A stretch of 64,000 bases of DNA from an uncultured Gemmatimonadaceae bacterium (GTDB taxonomy: Bacteria; Gemmatimonadota; Gemmatimonadetes; Gemmatimonadales; Gemmatimonadaceae): NCBI GenBank assembly GCA_963761305.1, contig CAVXGK010000002.1:1952001-2016000 (forward strand), written 5' to 3'. The first letter of the stretch is position 1, and each line of letters starts with the position of its first letter. Shown piece by piece: positions 17,500 to 26,014 of this stretch. Below the pieces are notes generated by a model. The model was given only the letters and a program-made list of their open reading frames with translations. It ran no database searches and had not been told where the DNA came from. The translations under genes and the position numbers were made by a program.

Positions 17500-19692
17500 A
17501 TGGCAGACACCGCAGCCAATGCTGGCGGCGAAGTCATCTCGGTTGGCAACCAGTTCTACATCCTCGCGACCGCGTCCCGCGCGGCCGAGCGCACCGCGGT
17601 TCTTCAGCACGACGACACGTTCGCGGTCTTCGACTACGCGGGCGACATCGGCGCGCTCGGTGCCGCCGAGCAAGGACTCTATAACGAGGGCACGCGCTAC
17701 CTGTCGCGCTTCACGCTCCGCGTCAACGGCAAGCGTCCGCTGATTCTCAGCTCGCGCGTCAAGGAAGACAATGAGCTGTTCATCGCCGACCTGACGAACC
17801 CCGACATCCCGATCGGTCAGACGGGGCAAGTCATTCGCCGCGATCTCGTGCATCTGTTTCGCTCGCGCTTTCTTTGGAAAGACACCTGGTACGAGCGAAT
17901 CCGGCTGTGGAACTACAGCCAGGGCGCGCTCCTCGCGTCGCTCTCGTTCGAGTTCGACGCCGACTTCGCCGACATCTTCGAGGTGCGCGGCACGCCGCGC
18001 GCGAAACGAGGCGAGCGGCTGGAGACCGTGCACTCGGGACGCGAGACGCGCCTGGGCTATCGTGGACTCGACGACGAGACGCGCTGGGCGGTGATCGACT
18101 GGGGGGAAGCGCCGCACGCGACGACGGCGACGCAGGCCGTGTTCGCGTACGACCTCGAGCCCGAGTCGCCGGTGTCGCTCGCGATCGCGATTCGCTGCGA
18201 CCGCGAACAGCGCCGGGTGCCGAAGCGGACCTTCGAATCGGCGCAGTCGGACTGGAGCTCCGAGCTCGAGACGGAGCGCACCGAATACGCGACGATCGAG
18301 ACGTCGAGCGAGCGATTTAACCAATGGGTCCGACGCTCGGCCGCCGACCTGCGCATGCTCGTGGCGAACACGCCGTACGGGCCGTACCCGTACGCGGGCG
18401 TTCCCTGGTTCAGCACTCCGTTCGGCCGCGACGGCGAGATCACGGGACTCCAGACGTTGTGGATCAACCCGGACATCGCGCGCGGCGTGCTCGAGTTTCT
18501 GGCTGCGACGCAGGCCGACAAAGTCGACGAGTCGCGCGAGGCGCAGCCGGGCAAGATCATCCACGAGATGCGCAACAGCGAGATGGCACGGCTCGGCGAA
18601 GTGCCGTTCGGCCGCTACTACGGCAGCGTCGACGCGACGCCACTCTTCGTGGTGCTCGCCGGCGCGTACTGGGACCGCACGGGCGACCGCGCGTTTCTCG
18701 CGCGGATCTGGCCGCACGTCGAACGCGCACTCGACTGGATCGACAACTACGGCGACTGCGACGGCGACGGGTTCGTCGAGTACTCCCGCCACTCGGCGAA
18801 CGGATTGGTGCAGCAGGGGTGGAAGGATTCGTCCGATTCGATCTTCCACGCCGACGGGACGCTCGCCGCCGCGCCGATCGCCCTGTGCGAAGTGCAGGGT
18901 TACGTCTTCGACGCGCGGCTTCGCGCCGCGGCGATGGCCGACGTGCTCGGACACACCGACCGCGGCGTGCATCTGCGGCAACAAGCCGAGGATTTGCGCT
19001 GCGCGTTCGAGGAGCGCTTCTGGTGCGAGGAGATCGGCACCTACGCCATCGCGCTCGACGGGCGAAAGCAGCAGTGTCGCGTGCGCAGCTCGAACGCGGG
19101 GCACGCGCTGTTCAGCCGCATCGCCGACCCGGTGCGCGCGCGACGCGTCGCCGAGCTGCTGGTCAGCGGCGAGATGTTCTCGGGCTGGGGGATTCGAACC
19201 ATCGCGGTGAACGAAGTGCGATTCAACCCGATGGCCTATCACAACGGCTCGGTGTGGCCGCACGACACCGGGCTTTCGGCGGCCGGCTTCTCGCGCTACG
19301 GCTTCGACGATCTCATTTCATCGCCGTTCTCGGGTCTATTCGAGGCGGCCGTCGCCGTCGAGAACCATCGGATGCCCGAGCTCTTCTGCGGATTCCAGCG
19401 GCGCACGGGTGAAGGACCGACGCTGTATCCGGTGGCGTGTTCGCCGCAGGCGTGGGCGTCGGGCGTCGTGTTTCATCTGATCCAGGCCTGTCTCCGCCTC
19501 TCGGTGGACGCGGGAGAGCGCCGTCTCTCGATCGACCGCGCGTCGCTGCCGCCGTTCCTCACGTATTTGCGGCTGATGAATCTTTCGCTGCCCTTCGGGT
19601 CGATCGATCTCTTGTTCGAGCAGCACCTGCTCGACGTGAGCGTGACGGTGCTGCGCAAGCACGGCGACTTCGAGGTCCGGGTGATCAAGTAG
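17500..19692 (+). CDS. Amylo-alpha-1,6-glucosidase (glycogen debranching family)
   Basis: AGVPWFSTPFGRD, QGWKDS, YHNGSVWPHD and ACSPQAW motifs; directly follows the GT4 gene. Confidence 0.93.
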   Translation: MADTAANAGGEVISVGNQFYILATASRAAERTAVLQHDDTFAVFDYAGDIGALGAAEQGLYNEGTRYLSRFTLRVNGKRPLILSSRVKEDNELFIADLTNPDIPIGQTGQVIRRDLVHLFRSRFLWKDTWYERIRLWNYSQGALLASLSFEFDADFADIFEVRGTPRAKRGERLETVHSGRETRLGYRGLDDETRWAVIDWGEAPHATTATQAVFAYDLEPESPVSLAIAIRCDREQRRVPKRTFESAQSDWSSELETERTEYATIETSSERFNQWVRRSAADLRMLVANTPYGPYPYAGVPWFSTPFGRDGEITGLQTLWINPDIARGVLEFLAATQADKVDESREAQPGKIIHEMRNSEMARLGEVPFGRYYGSVDATPLFVVLAGAYWDRTGDRAFLARIWPHVERALDWIDNYGDCDGDGFVEYSRHSANGLVQQGWKDSSDSIFHADGTLAAAPIALCEVQGYVFDARLRAAAMADVLGHTDRGVHLRQQAEDLRCAFEERFWCEEIGTYAIALDGRKQQCRVRSSNAGHALFSRIADPVRARRVAELLVSGEMFSGWGIRTIAVNEVRFNPMAYHNGSVWPHDTGLSAAGFSRYGFDDLISSPFSGLFEAAVAVENHRMPELFCGFQRRTGEGPTLYPVACSPQAWASGVVFHLIQACLRLSVDAGERRLSIDRASLPPFLTYLRLMNLSLPFGSIDLLFEQHLLDVSVTVLRKHGDFEVRVIK

Positions 19693-19780
19693 TCCGGCCG
19701 TTCCCTCGACACGCGCGGCTGAGCGCGGCAGATTCGGTAGCCGCAGCCGCACCGCGTGACTCCACAACCGGGGGAGACCG

Positions 19781-20230
19781 ATGCTCAAGGATTTCAAGGC
19801 GTTCATTCTGCGTGGGAATGTGCTCGATCTGGCGGTCGCGGTCGTGATCGGCGCGGCATTCGGGGCGATCGTCAAGTCGTTGACCGACGACGTGATCATG
19901 CCGCCCATCGGACTGGCGCTGGGCCACATCGACTTTTCGAACTTGTTCGTCGTGCTCAAGGACGGCACGAATCCGCCCGGCCCGTACACCAGCGTGGCCG
20001 CGGCGCACAGCGCGGGTGCGGTGACGCTGAACTACGGGCTGTTCATCAATTCGCTCGTGACGTTCGTGATTATCGCGCTGTGCGTTTTCATGATCGTTCG
20101 CACGGCGAGCAAGTTGTACGCGAAGCCCGCGCCACCGCCGGACAACATGAAATCCTGCCCGCGCTGCACGATGGCGATCCCGAAGGCCGCGACCCGCTGC
20201 CCGCAGTGCACGTCGGACGTCGCGGCTTAG
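19781..20230 (+). CDS. mscL: Large-conductance mechanosensitive channel with C-terminal CxxC...CxxC
   Basis: FKAFILRGNVLDLAVAVVIGAAF and NYGLFIN; RBS ggggag. Confidence 0.96.
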   Translation: MLKDFKAFILRGNVLDLAVAVVIGAAFGAIVKSLTDDVIMPPIGLALGHIDFSNLFVVLKDGTNPPGPYTSVAAAHSAGAVTLNYGLFINSLVTFVIIALCVFMIVRTASKLYAKPAPPPDNMKSCPRCTMAIPKAATRCPQCTSDVAA

Positions 20231-20310
20231 CCAGCGACTTGGCTTTGGTTGACACCGACGCGACCGGGGCTGGTCGATCGGGATGCGCCGGTCTGCGCGG
20301 CGGGGAGCCG

Positions 20311-20363
20311 CGGGATGAACGGACACGAGCGGGTTGAACGGATGCCAACCGAGACAAACGGAC
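20311..20363. repeat. Single arm of the ACACAAACGGA family, copy C
   Basis: gaacggacacgagcgggttgaacggatgccaaccgagacaaacggac; shares tgccaaccgagac-aacg with copy D in inverted orientation. Confidence 0.6.
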
Positions 20364-20938
20364 TAGCGCTTCGGGACGAGCAACGCACCGCAGAGCAGGT
20401 CGACGAGACATGACGCGAAGGGGTCGTGGCGGCCGTTGGCCGTGGTCGCGGAAACGAGCAGCGCGCGCCGTAGAAGAATGACGAAGTAGTCGGCGAGCGT
20501 CGTAGGGTCGTAGCGGCGCATCGTCTTGTTCGTCATTTGGCGCTCGAACGCCGCGGCGACGGCGCCCGTCACGCGGCGATACGCCTCGGGCGGAAGCGCG
20601 GTGGTGACGTCGCCGACCGGCAGGTCCGGCGTGCCGAAGGAGGGATCGGCGAAGACGGCCTCGAAGGTGGCGTAGACCATGCGCCGGATGCGCAGACGCG
20701 TGAGCGGCTGTTCGAGGGCCGGGAGGACGACGCGCACGGCCGCCTCGAAGCGTTCAGCGGTGATGGCGCGGGCGATGGCCTCCTTCGAATCGAAGTAGAG
20801 GTAGAGCGTGCCGACGGCGATGCCGGCGCCGCGGGCGATCTCGGCCATCGGCGCGTCGACGTAGCCGCGGCGGCGAAAGGTGCGCCGCGCGGCGTCGAGG
20901 ATGCGCGCGCGGTGGTTGGGATCGGCAATTCGCGCCAT
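20363..20938 (-). CDS. TetR/AcrR family transcriptional regulator
   Basis: RILDAA...MAEIARGAGIAVGTLYLYFDSKE helix-turn-helix. Confidence 0.92.
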   Translation of the reverse strand: MARIADPNHRARILDAARRTFRRRGYVDAPMAEIARGAGIAVGTLYLYFDSKEAIARAITAERFEAAVRVVLPALEQPLTRLRIRRMVYATFEAVFADPSFGTPDLPVGDVTTALPPEAYRRVTGAVAAAFERQMTNKTMRRYDPTTLADYFVILLRRALLVSATTANGRHDPFASCLVDLLCGALLVPKR

Positions 20939-20962
20939 GTACACAATCCGGGGCTTGCATTT

Positions 20963-21017
20963 CGATAAATGAACCAGTTCATTTATCGGAGGTGGTGAAC
21001 GAACCCGTTCATTTACC
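20963..21017. promoter_or_regulatory. Probable TetR operators
   Basis: Perfect inverted repeat cgataaatgaac-ca-gttcatttatcg (20963-20988) plus a degenerate second copy aacgaac-cc-gttcattt. Confidence 0.75.
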
Positions 21018-21120
21018 ACGGCCGCCGAAGATGGTTCGCCTGGCGCTTGGCGCAAGGGCGCTCCCCCCACCCCCCTGGCGGCGTCGCATCGAGAATCGGT
21101 AGAGCAGGACTCGGCAGTAT

Positions 21121-21582
21121 ATGGTGATTGAGAAGCATCCCTCGGGCGGCGAGCGCTGGAGTCAGAGCGATCGCCGCCTTCTTGCGATAGAAGACACGGC
21201 GTACCACGGCACGGAGACGATCGTGCTCGTCGAGGATGACGACGCGGTCCGCCACGTGACCCGTCGCGCGCTCGAGGGCGCGGGCTACACCGTTCTCGAC
21301 GCCGCGAGCGGCCCCGGCGCCATCCGCGCGGCCGATGCGTACGACGGCCCGATCCAACTCATCATCGCCGACGTCGTGATGCCCGACATGTCGGGTCCGG
21401 CCTCCGTGGAGCGCATCCGCGCGGCTCGTGCCGGCGTGCCGGCCCTGTACATCTCCGGCCACGCCGACGACGTCCTCGGCGCGCACGGCGTCGCCGATCG
21501 CACACGCCACTTCGTGCGAAAGCCGTTCACGCCGAGTGAATTGATGCGCGCCATTCGGGAGCTACTCGACGACGGCGGTTGA
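21121..21582 (+). CDS. Stand-alone response regulator receiver protein
   Basis: VLVEDD, DVVMPDMSG, ISG and KPF motifs. Confidence 0.88.
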   Translation: MVIEKHPSGGERWSQSDRRLLAIEDTAYHGTETIVLVEDDDAVRHVTRRALEGAGYTVLDAASGPGAIRAADAYDGPIQLIIADVVMPDMSGPASVERIRAARAGVPALYISGHADDVLGAHGVADRTRHFVRKPFTPSELMRAIRELLDDGG

Positions 21583-21682
21583 TGGGAACTTCTCGCTCCG
21601 CGCAACGCGAGTCAGAAGCCGCATGGCCATGCACGAAATCGTTCGATGACGCGCTGGCCCAGGAAGCGCGCGATCATTCAAG

Positions 21683-22090
21683 ATGCCCAAGTCATCGCTC
21701 GCGTTGATCGAGGCGGAGACCACGGGAGCGATCATCGGGTCGTTCTATGACGTGCACCGCGCCCTTGGGTTCGGCTATCGTGAGTTGATCTACGCCCTGG
21801 CGCTCGAGCGGGACCTGAAGGCCAAGGGATACAGGGTCGACCGCGAAGTCGCCATCATGATCCATTTTCGCGGCGAACCGCTCGCGCGGCAGACGATCGA
21901 CATGATCGTCGATCAGAGCGTGATCGTCGAAACCAAGTCGACGGAGGCGCTGCATCCGGGTGTACGCCGCCAACTGTTCGGCTATCTGTGCGCGTCAACG
22001 CTGGAAGTTGGCCTACTCCTTCATTTCGGGCGAGAACCCAAATTCCACCGCGCAGTCCTCGAGAACCGTTTCAAGAGCTTCTCAAAATGA
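21683..22090 (+). CDS. GxxExxY protein (PD-(D/E)XK nuclease-like family)
   Basis: 135 aa; LGFGYRELIY, DMIV...VETKS, QLFGYL and GLLLHFG. Confidence 0.92.
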   Translation: MPKSSLALIEAETTGAIIGSFYDVHRALGFGYRELIYALALERDLKAKGYRVDREVAIMIHFRGEPLARQTIDMIVDQSVIVETKSTEALHPGVRRQLFGYLCASTLEVGLLLHFGREPKFHRAVLENRFKSFSK

Positions 22091-22230
22091 ACGGCCATCC
22101 GTTTGTGTCCGTCCGATCCGTTTGTGTCCGCGTTCCCATCGTTGGTCTCGGTTGGCACGACGCCTCCTGTCGCCACGAGAGGCAACAACAACCGTGACAC
22201 GGACACAAACGGATTTGGACGGACACGAAC
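22091..22230. repeat. Palindromic element (ACACAAACGGA family), copy D, directly after the GxxExxY gene
   Basis: tccgtttgtgtccgtccgatccgtttgtgtccgcgttccc ... gacacggacacaaacggatttggacggacacgaac. Confidence 0.85.
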
Positions 22231-22269
22231 TGCGAAGCCTATTTGTTCAGCGCGATTTGATCTCGCCCA

Positions 22270-25200
22270 CTACGGAACTATGGGCCGTATCGTCTCGGTG
22301 ATCGCCGGAATCTTCCCCGACATCGCCGTGTTGAAGCCGGCGAGGTCGGTGTCGACGAGCGACTTGTACGCGGCCTTCGCCGTCGAGAGGTCGGTCTCGA
22401 TGTCGCCGAGCCAGGCGAGCGACGCGTCGGTGGGGCGATAGTCGGCGCCACCGGCGACGTCGCCGGCGCCGTTTCCGATCACGCCGTTCAACCAGATCAG
22501 GTTCATGTAGATCTTGTACGGTTCCACGTAGTACTTGTCGTCGCCGTTCATGTCAGAGCGCGAGAGCAGCAGGAGCTCGACCTTCATCATCTTCGCGTCG
22601 AGATCGGCGAGCGCGCGGTCCACGTCCGGCTTTGTCGCGTTGGCCTTGCGTTGGTCGAGGATCTGCTTGCGCATCACCTCGATGCGGTTGATCAGGTCGA
22701 CGCTGGCGTTCATGTCGTCGCGCACGCGGTGCTGCGCCGCGGTCGACGCGGCGAGGTCGGCAAACGAGGTCTTGATCTCCGGGTCTTCGAGAATCGCGAT
22801 CGGCTTGCTTGTGATCGTGGCGCCGTTGACCGTGAGCCGCGCCGCGTACGTCCCGGGGAGCGCGAGCGGGCCGGCCGTCTGCGCGCCTTGAATGCCCCAG
22901 TGCGTGATCGGGCGCGTCGCGCGGTTGTTGAAGCGCGGCTCCTCGAAGATGTGCGGGTTGTCCGGCGCCGGCGTGCGGAGCGCGACGACGCGCGGTGCGT
23001 CGTAGCGAAGATCCCACACCACGCGATTGAACCCGGCGCGTGTCGGCGACTGTAGCGTGCGCACCACCGCGCCCGCCGAGTCGAGAATCTCGACGCGAAG
23101 CGGCCGCGGCGTCGCCTTCGTGAGTGTGAACGTGACTTCGGCGTGGCCGGCGCGCGCCTGGCGATAGCCCGGATGCGGCGCGTAGAGCGAGAGGGTATCG
23201 TCGCCCGCGGCGATCGTCTGCGGCTCGCTTTCCCACGGCGCGATGTCGTGCAGCACGTAGACGCCTCGGCCGTACGTCGCTACCACGACGTCGTGCCACG
23301 TCTTCGGGACGACGATCCACGAGACCGCGGTGTGCGGCAGCCCCTCGTTGAAGTTCTTCCAGTGCGCGCCGTCGTCTCGCGAGTAGTAGAACGCGTGGCC
23401 CGTGCCGGCGAACAGCATGCCGCGCTTGTTCGGGTTCTCGGCCACGGCCATCACGTAGTCGAGCGGATGCGTCGCCGGGAGATCGCCGGTCACGTTGGTC
23501 CACGTCGCGCCGAAGTCGGTCGTCTTGTACACGAACGGCTTGCGGTTGTCCATCATGTGGAAGTCCACCGCGACGTACGCCGTCGCGGGATCGAAGTGCG
23601 ACGGCTCGATCTTGCGCACGGTACCCCACGCCGGCATCCCGGCCTTGGTGAGGCCGGCCGTCACGTCGATCCAGGAGCTCTCGCCGTCGTTCTCCGAGTC
23701 CTTCGTGTACCAGACCTTGCCGTCGTTCGTGCCGGCCCACACGAGACCGCGCTGAATCTCCGACGGTGCGATCGCGAAAACGACCTCGCCGTAGAACTGG
23801 CCGAGGTTGTCCTCCACGATACCACCCGACGAGACGACGTACTTCGGGTCGCGCGTCGAGAGGTCGGGGCTGATGACACTCCAGCTCTGACCTCCATTCG
23901 AAGTCTTGAACACGACCTGGCAACCGTAGTAGACCGTGCTGTGATCGAACGGGTCGATCGCCAACGGCGGCGTCCAGTGACAGCGATACTTGAGCTTGTC
24001 CGGCGGCGAGTCGAGCGTGTGGATCCACGGGCTCACCGACCGCGCGCGCTTGTCGCGATGGTCGTAGCGCGTGACCTCGTTTCCGTAGCAGCTCGCCCAA
24101 ACGATGTTGGGATCGGTGAGATCCGGCAGCGTGAAGCCCGATTCGCAGCCGCCGAGTGGGTGGTCCCACGTCGTGAATCCGCCGCCGAACCCGCCCCCGC
24201 CGCCGGCACGACCGCCGCCGGTGGAGTCCGCGCCGGTGGAGTCGGCGTTCGCGCCTCGTCCTCCGCGTCCGCCGGGGTTCGTCGGGACGGAAGCGCCGCG
24301 TCCGGCGGCCGCGATGATCTGCGCCGCGCGTCCGCCGCCGCGTCCGCGTCCATTCGTCGTGTCGGCATTCGCGCCGCGACCACCGCCCCGACCTCCACGA
24401 CCCGCGCCCGCCGCGATGCCCCGGGTCGCCGTCGCGCCCTCCTGTCCCGTGCTCGGCCCCCGCATCGTACCGTTATCCTGCCGATTGCTGTAAACCCAAT
24501 AGGGAATCTGGTTGTCGACGGCCACGTGATACATCTGGCCGATGGGCAGCGCGACCGTCTGGAAGGTCTTGCCGTGATCCGTGGTGAGGCGCGCCCCGGC
24601 GTCGTTGGTGAGACCGAAGTGGTTGGCGTTCTTCGGGTCGAACCAGATGTCGTGGTTGTCGCCGCCCCACGGCACATCAGCGAACGTTTTGCCGCCGTCC
24701 TTCGATTGGAAGAAGCTGCTGTTGGCGAGCAGAATCTCGTCCGGGTTGGACGGCGAGACCTGGAGATGGATGTAGTATCCAGCTCTTCCAATGAGCGGAC
24801 GCTGATAGTTGACGACTCTCCACTTGATGCCGCCGTCGTCCGAACGCCAGACGGAGCCCTGGTCGGCGGTTTGAATCAGCGCGTAGACACGCTTCGAGTT
24901 CGACGGCGCGACGGCGACGTCGATCTTGCCGAGCGGAGCGTGTGGGAGTCCGGGATCGACGACCTGCTTCCAGGTGTCACCGGCGTCGCGTGAGACGTAC
25001 ACGCCATCCTTTGAATCGTGCGTGCCGCTGTACATCGCCCACGTGTGCATGATCACGTGCCACATGCCGGCGAACAGCACCTTGGGATTCTTCTCGTCGA
25101 GCGTGAGCCCCGAACATCCGTAGTTGCCGCCGAGCGAGAGGACGAGCTTCCACGTTGCGCCGCCGTCGGTTGTTTTGTAGACGCCGTGCTCGGATTGTTC

Positions 25201-25779
25201 GCCCGTCGCGCGGCCGAGCGCGCAGACGTAGACGACGCTCGGATTCGTCGGATGAACGATGATGCGCTGGATGCGCCCCGTCTCGTCGAGGCCCATGTGC
25301 TGCCAGGTGGTGCCCGAATCGCTGGACTTGTATACGCCGTCGCCCATCAAGTCGGCGTCGCGAATCGCCCACGCTTCGCCCGTGCCCGCCCAGACGATCG
25401 ACGGCTTGGAGGGCGCGACGGCCAGTGCGCCGATCGCCTGCACCGGCATCGAATCCGAAATCGGCCGGAACGTGGCGCCGCTGTCGACAGACTTCCAGAC
25501 ACCGCCGGATGCGGCGCCGAGATACCAGACCCGCGCGTCGCCCGGAACGCCGGTGATCGCCGAGATGCGTCCGCCCTCGGCGGGACCAAGCAGTTGGAAG
25601 CGGAATGGATCCGGCTGCGGAGGGGTTGGGCGTGGCGCCTGGCCTGGCACGCCGGCGCCTCCGCGCGCGCCGCCGCGCCCGCCTGGCTGCGCGAACAATC
25701 GTGTGGTCGTAGACGGAAGAATGACGAGCACCGCCAGGCAATGAGCTGCCCGGCGGACGATGGTCAATGCACGAGCCAT
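22270..25779 (-). CDS. Secreted VPS10/sortilin-like BNR-repeat protein (glycosyl hydrolase-like)
   Basis: GGRISA, many SxDGGxTW Asp-boxes, GDNHDIW, ATYGRG, C-terminal helical region. Confidence 0.9.
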   Translation of the reverse strand: MARALTIVRRAAHCLAVLVILPSTTTRLFAQPGGRGGARGGAGVPGQAPRPTPPQPDPFRFQLLGPAEGGRISAITGVPGDARVWYLGAASGGVWKSVDSGATFRPISDSMPVQAIGALAVAPSKPSIVWAGTGEAWAIRDADLMGDGVYKSSDSGTTWQHMGLDETGRIQRIIVHPTNPSVVYVCALGRATGEQSEHGVYKTTDGGATWKLVLSLGGNYGCSGLTLDEKNPKVLFAGMWHVIMHTWAMYSGTHDSKDGVYVSRDAGDTWKQVVDPGLPHAPLGKIDVAVAPSNSKRVYALIQTADQGSVWRSDDGGIKWRVVNYQRPLIGRAGYYIHLQVSPSNPDEILLANSSFFQSKDGGKTFADVPWGGDNHDIWFDPKNANHFGLTNDAGARLTTDHGKTFQTVALPIGQMYHVAVDNQIPYWVYSNRQDNGTMRGPSTGQEGATATRGIAAGAGRGGRGGGRGANADTTNGRGRGGGRAAQIIAAAGRGASVPTNPGGRGGRGANADSTGADSTGGGRAGGGGGFGGGFTTWDHPLGGCESGFTLPDLTDPNIVWASCYGNEVTRYDHRDKRARSVSPWIHTLDSPPDKLKYRCHWTPPLAIDPFDHSTVYYGCQVVFKTSNGGQSWSVISPDLSTRDPKYVVSSGGIVEDNLGQFYGEVVFAIAPSEIQRGLVWAGTNDGKVWYTKDSENDGESSWIDVTAGLTKAGMPAWGTVRKIEPSHFDPATAYVAVDFHMMDNRKPFVYKTTDFGATWTNVTGDLPATHPLDYVMAVAENPNKRGMLFAGTGHAFYYSRDDGAHWKNFNEGLPHTAVSWIVVPKTWHDVVVATYGRGVYVLHDIAPWESEPQTIAAGDDTLSLYAPHPGYRQARAGHAEVTFTLTKATPRPLRVEILDSAGAVVRTLQSPTRAGFNRVVWDLRYDAPRVVALRTPAPDNPHIFEEPRFNNRATRPITHWGIQGAQTAGPLALPGTYAARLTVNGATITSKPIAILEDPEIKTSFADLAASTAAQHRVRDDMNASVDLINRIEVMRKQILDQRKANATKPDVDRALADLDAKMMKVELLLLSRSDMNGDDKYYVEPYKIYMNLIWLNGVIGNGAGDVAGGADYRPTDASLAWLGDIETDLSTAKAAYKSLVDTDLAGFNTAMSGKIPAITETIRPIVP

Positions 25780-25919
25780 TCGCGCGTTCTCCAGAGGATT
25801 GGCGAGACGAAGGGGCAGGCGTAGCTGTTGTGGGAACGTCTCAACGCTACGATCCGGTGGCGGTGCACAACAAGGGGCGGCGGAGGGACGCGGCCCGCGT
25901 GACCGACGTCTAGGTTTGG

Positions 25920-25943
25920 GGTGGACGGGTGGACTGGTGAACG
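25920..25943 (+). repeat. 8-bp GGTGGACN tandem repeat (3 units)
   Basis: ggtggacg ggtggact ggtgaacg. Confidence 0.5.
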
Positions 25944-26014
25944 GAACCTCCAAAAACACCGCCCTCCCCTCCCGCCTTTTCCGCGCGCGTCACCCACCAT
26001 CCTAGCGCCCACCC

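Noticed and set aside
25780..25959. N-terminal extension of the VPS10 ORF
   Set aside because: It overlaps the 8-bp repeat and the divergent promoter region; the signal peptide follows ATG 25779.
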